Shown here piece after piece: positions 62,948 through 64,000 of a DNA stretch of 64,000 nt (positions within the stretch are counted from its first letter, which is position 1; each line of letters begins with the position of its first letter). Source of the stretch: Christensenellaceae bacterium (GTDB lineage: Bacteria; Bacillota; Clostridia; Christensenellales; CALMFG01); the NCBI GenBank assembly GCA_963666035.2, contig CAXXJI010000008.1:22715-86714 (forward strand), given 5' to 3'. The position numbers and the translations under genes were made by a program. The notes under the pieces were generated by a model. It saw nothing but the letters and a program-made list of their open reading frames with translations, was not told the origin of the DNA and did not search any database.

Positions 62948-63979
62948 TCAGTAAACCTGAATGGTATTACGCGTCTGTTTAGCAATATAAAGCGCCTTGT
63001 CCGCGGAGATGAAAAGCTCTGCGGCGCTCATCGTAGAAGCACAGGATGCCAAACCGAAAGAAACCGTATGCTTTATTTCTGGATGGTCGTCAATGGCGAT
63101 GTTTTTAATACCTTTTTGCACTTGCTTGCAGATGGCAACGGCTTTTTTTATATTAGTATTCTTAAAGATCAGGCAGAATTCATCACCACCATAGCGATAA
63201 ACATCTTCGCCGCACTGATCATTGAGAATTTTCGCGAATTGATTGAGATACTGATCACCAATATGATGGCCGTACTGATCGTTAATCGCTTTAAAATGAT
63301 CAATATCCGCAATTGCAAATACACACGTTGATTGATGTTCGCCCTGTTCTAAATCGATCATTGTTTCGTGCAGGGCCTGACGACTGAGCACTCCGGTGAG
63401 TTCGTCAAATTTCAGCTTGCGTTTTAAAAGCTGACGGTCAAGCTCTTTTTGGACGATAACTTCGTTTTTCCTACGGTTGTATAGAATTTCAACCAGACTG
63501 ACGGCAAAAACTGCGAGCAGGATAAAGACGGAGATCAAAAATTCGCCCAGCCGTTGTGCACTGTCAAATACGCTGACTTTATCGAGATCCCATACAATGA
63601 ATAATTCAGAAAAAGTCATACTCAGAAGACTGGCCAAAGCGGTGAGGGCGGTCAGAATATAGTTGGTGTAAATGGTGGTCAGCATGATGGCAAAAATGAA
63701 AAATATAAAAGTAGCGGCAAAGACGTTATGCGCGGTAAACAGGATGGCAGCGATGAGTACGAAAATGTGAGAAACCGCATAGATTTTCTTTTCCTGCGAA
63801 AGACGTTTGGAGCGCACAATCAGCGCACCGGTGATGATGCTAAGGAAGTTCAAACCGCTCGGGGCGATGATAAATTTTAAAACATAGCGTTCAAATGTTG
63901 TTGTTACGACATCGGTGTTCATCAGGACAAATGCCATCAGGCATTCGGTCAAGAACACGAAAATAACCAGTCCGACCAT
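62948..63979 (-). CDS. Membrane-bound diguanylate cyclase (GGDEF)
   Basis: About 5 N-terminal TM segments; C-terminal RYGGDEFCLIF active site. Confidence 0.85.
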   Translation of the reverse strand: MVGLVIFVFLTECLMAFVLMNTDVVTTTFERYVLKFIIAPSGLNFLSIITGALIVRSKRLSQEKKIYAVSHIFVLIAAILFTAHNVFAATFIFFIFAIMLTTIYTNYILTALTALASLLSMTFSELFIVWDLDKVSVFDSAQRLGEFLISVFILLAVFAVSLVEILYNRRKNEVIVQKELDRQLLKRKLKFDELTGVLSRQALHETMIDLEQGEHQSTCVFAIADIDHFKAINDQYGHHIGDQYLNQFAKILNDQCGEDVYRYGGDEFCLIFKNTNIKKAVAICKQVQKGIKNIAIDDHPEIKHTVSFGLASCASTMSAAELFISADKALYIAKQTRNTIQVY

Positions 63980-64000
63980 GATTCTGAAATGCAGATGTAG

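Overview
The window holds a moderately GC-rich Firmicutes (Clostridia-like) chromosome interrupted by one complete, roughly 37.8-kb siphovirus-type prophage at 18282..56107. The prophage is bounded by a 50-bp direct repeat that is the 3' part of tRNA-Arg(CCG) (56060..56136, minus strand). Its backbone is canonical: tyrosine integrase, S24/LexA-like CI, Cro, excisionase-like HTH, orphan DNA methyltransferase, HUH rolling-circle Rep, late sigma-like regulator, HNH, TerS/TerL, HK97-type portal/protease/capsid, connectors, major tail protein, G/GT chaperones with an A_AAA_AAG slippery site, tape measure, tail tip/fibre, and a lysis cassette with two lysins and two holins. Spliced into it are at least seven visibly AT-rich accessory cassettes. 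These are an unknown 4TM + ~600-aa gene pair between int and att, a type II CBASS (CD-NTase/Cap2/Cap3/TM-SAVED-like), a three-repeat Ltp-like exclusion lipoprotein, a cassette with convergent genes for a small hydrophobic peptide and a TM-anchored protein, two promoter-gene-terminator morons flanking HNH, and an att-proximal block of small membrane proteins plus a STAND (NB-ARC-like)/TPR NTPase with an unassigned N-terminal domain. Several cassettes carry visible recombination scars: duplicated terminators, a 13-bp direct repeat, and a fossil repressor 3' end. Positions 1..1916 are the right arm of a second, related prophage. The flanking host genes are ordinary housekeeping genes: malic enzyme with a disrupted 3' end, an L,D-transpeptidase, DegV, a MotA/ExbB-ExbD-like trio, RlmB, YacP, Ogg, NlpC/P60, MBOAT, PadR, MnmA, NUDIX, a racemase, GNAT and GGDEF. 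I saw no rRNA genes and no CRISPR array.
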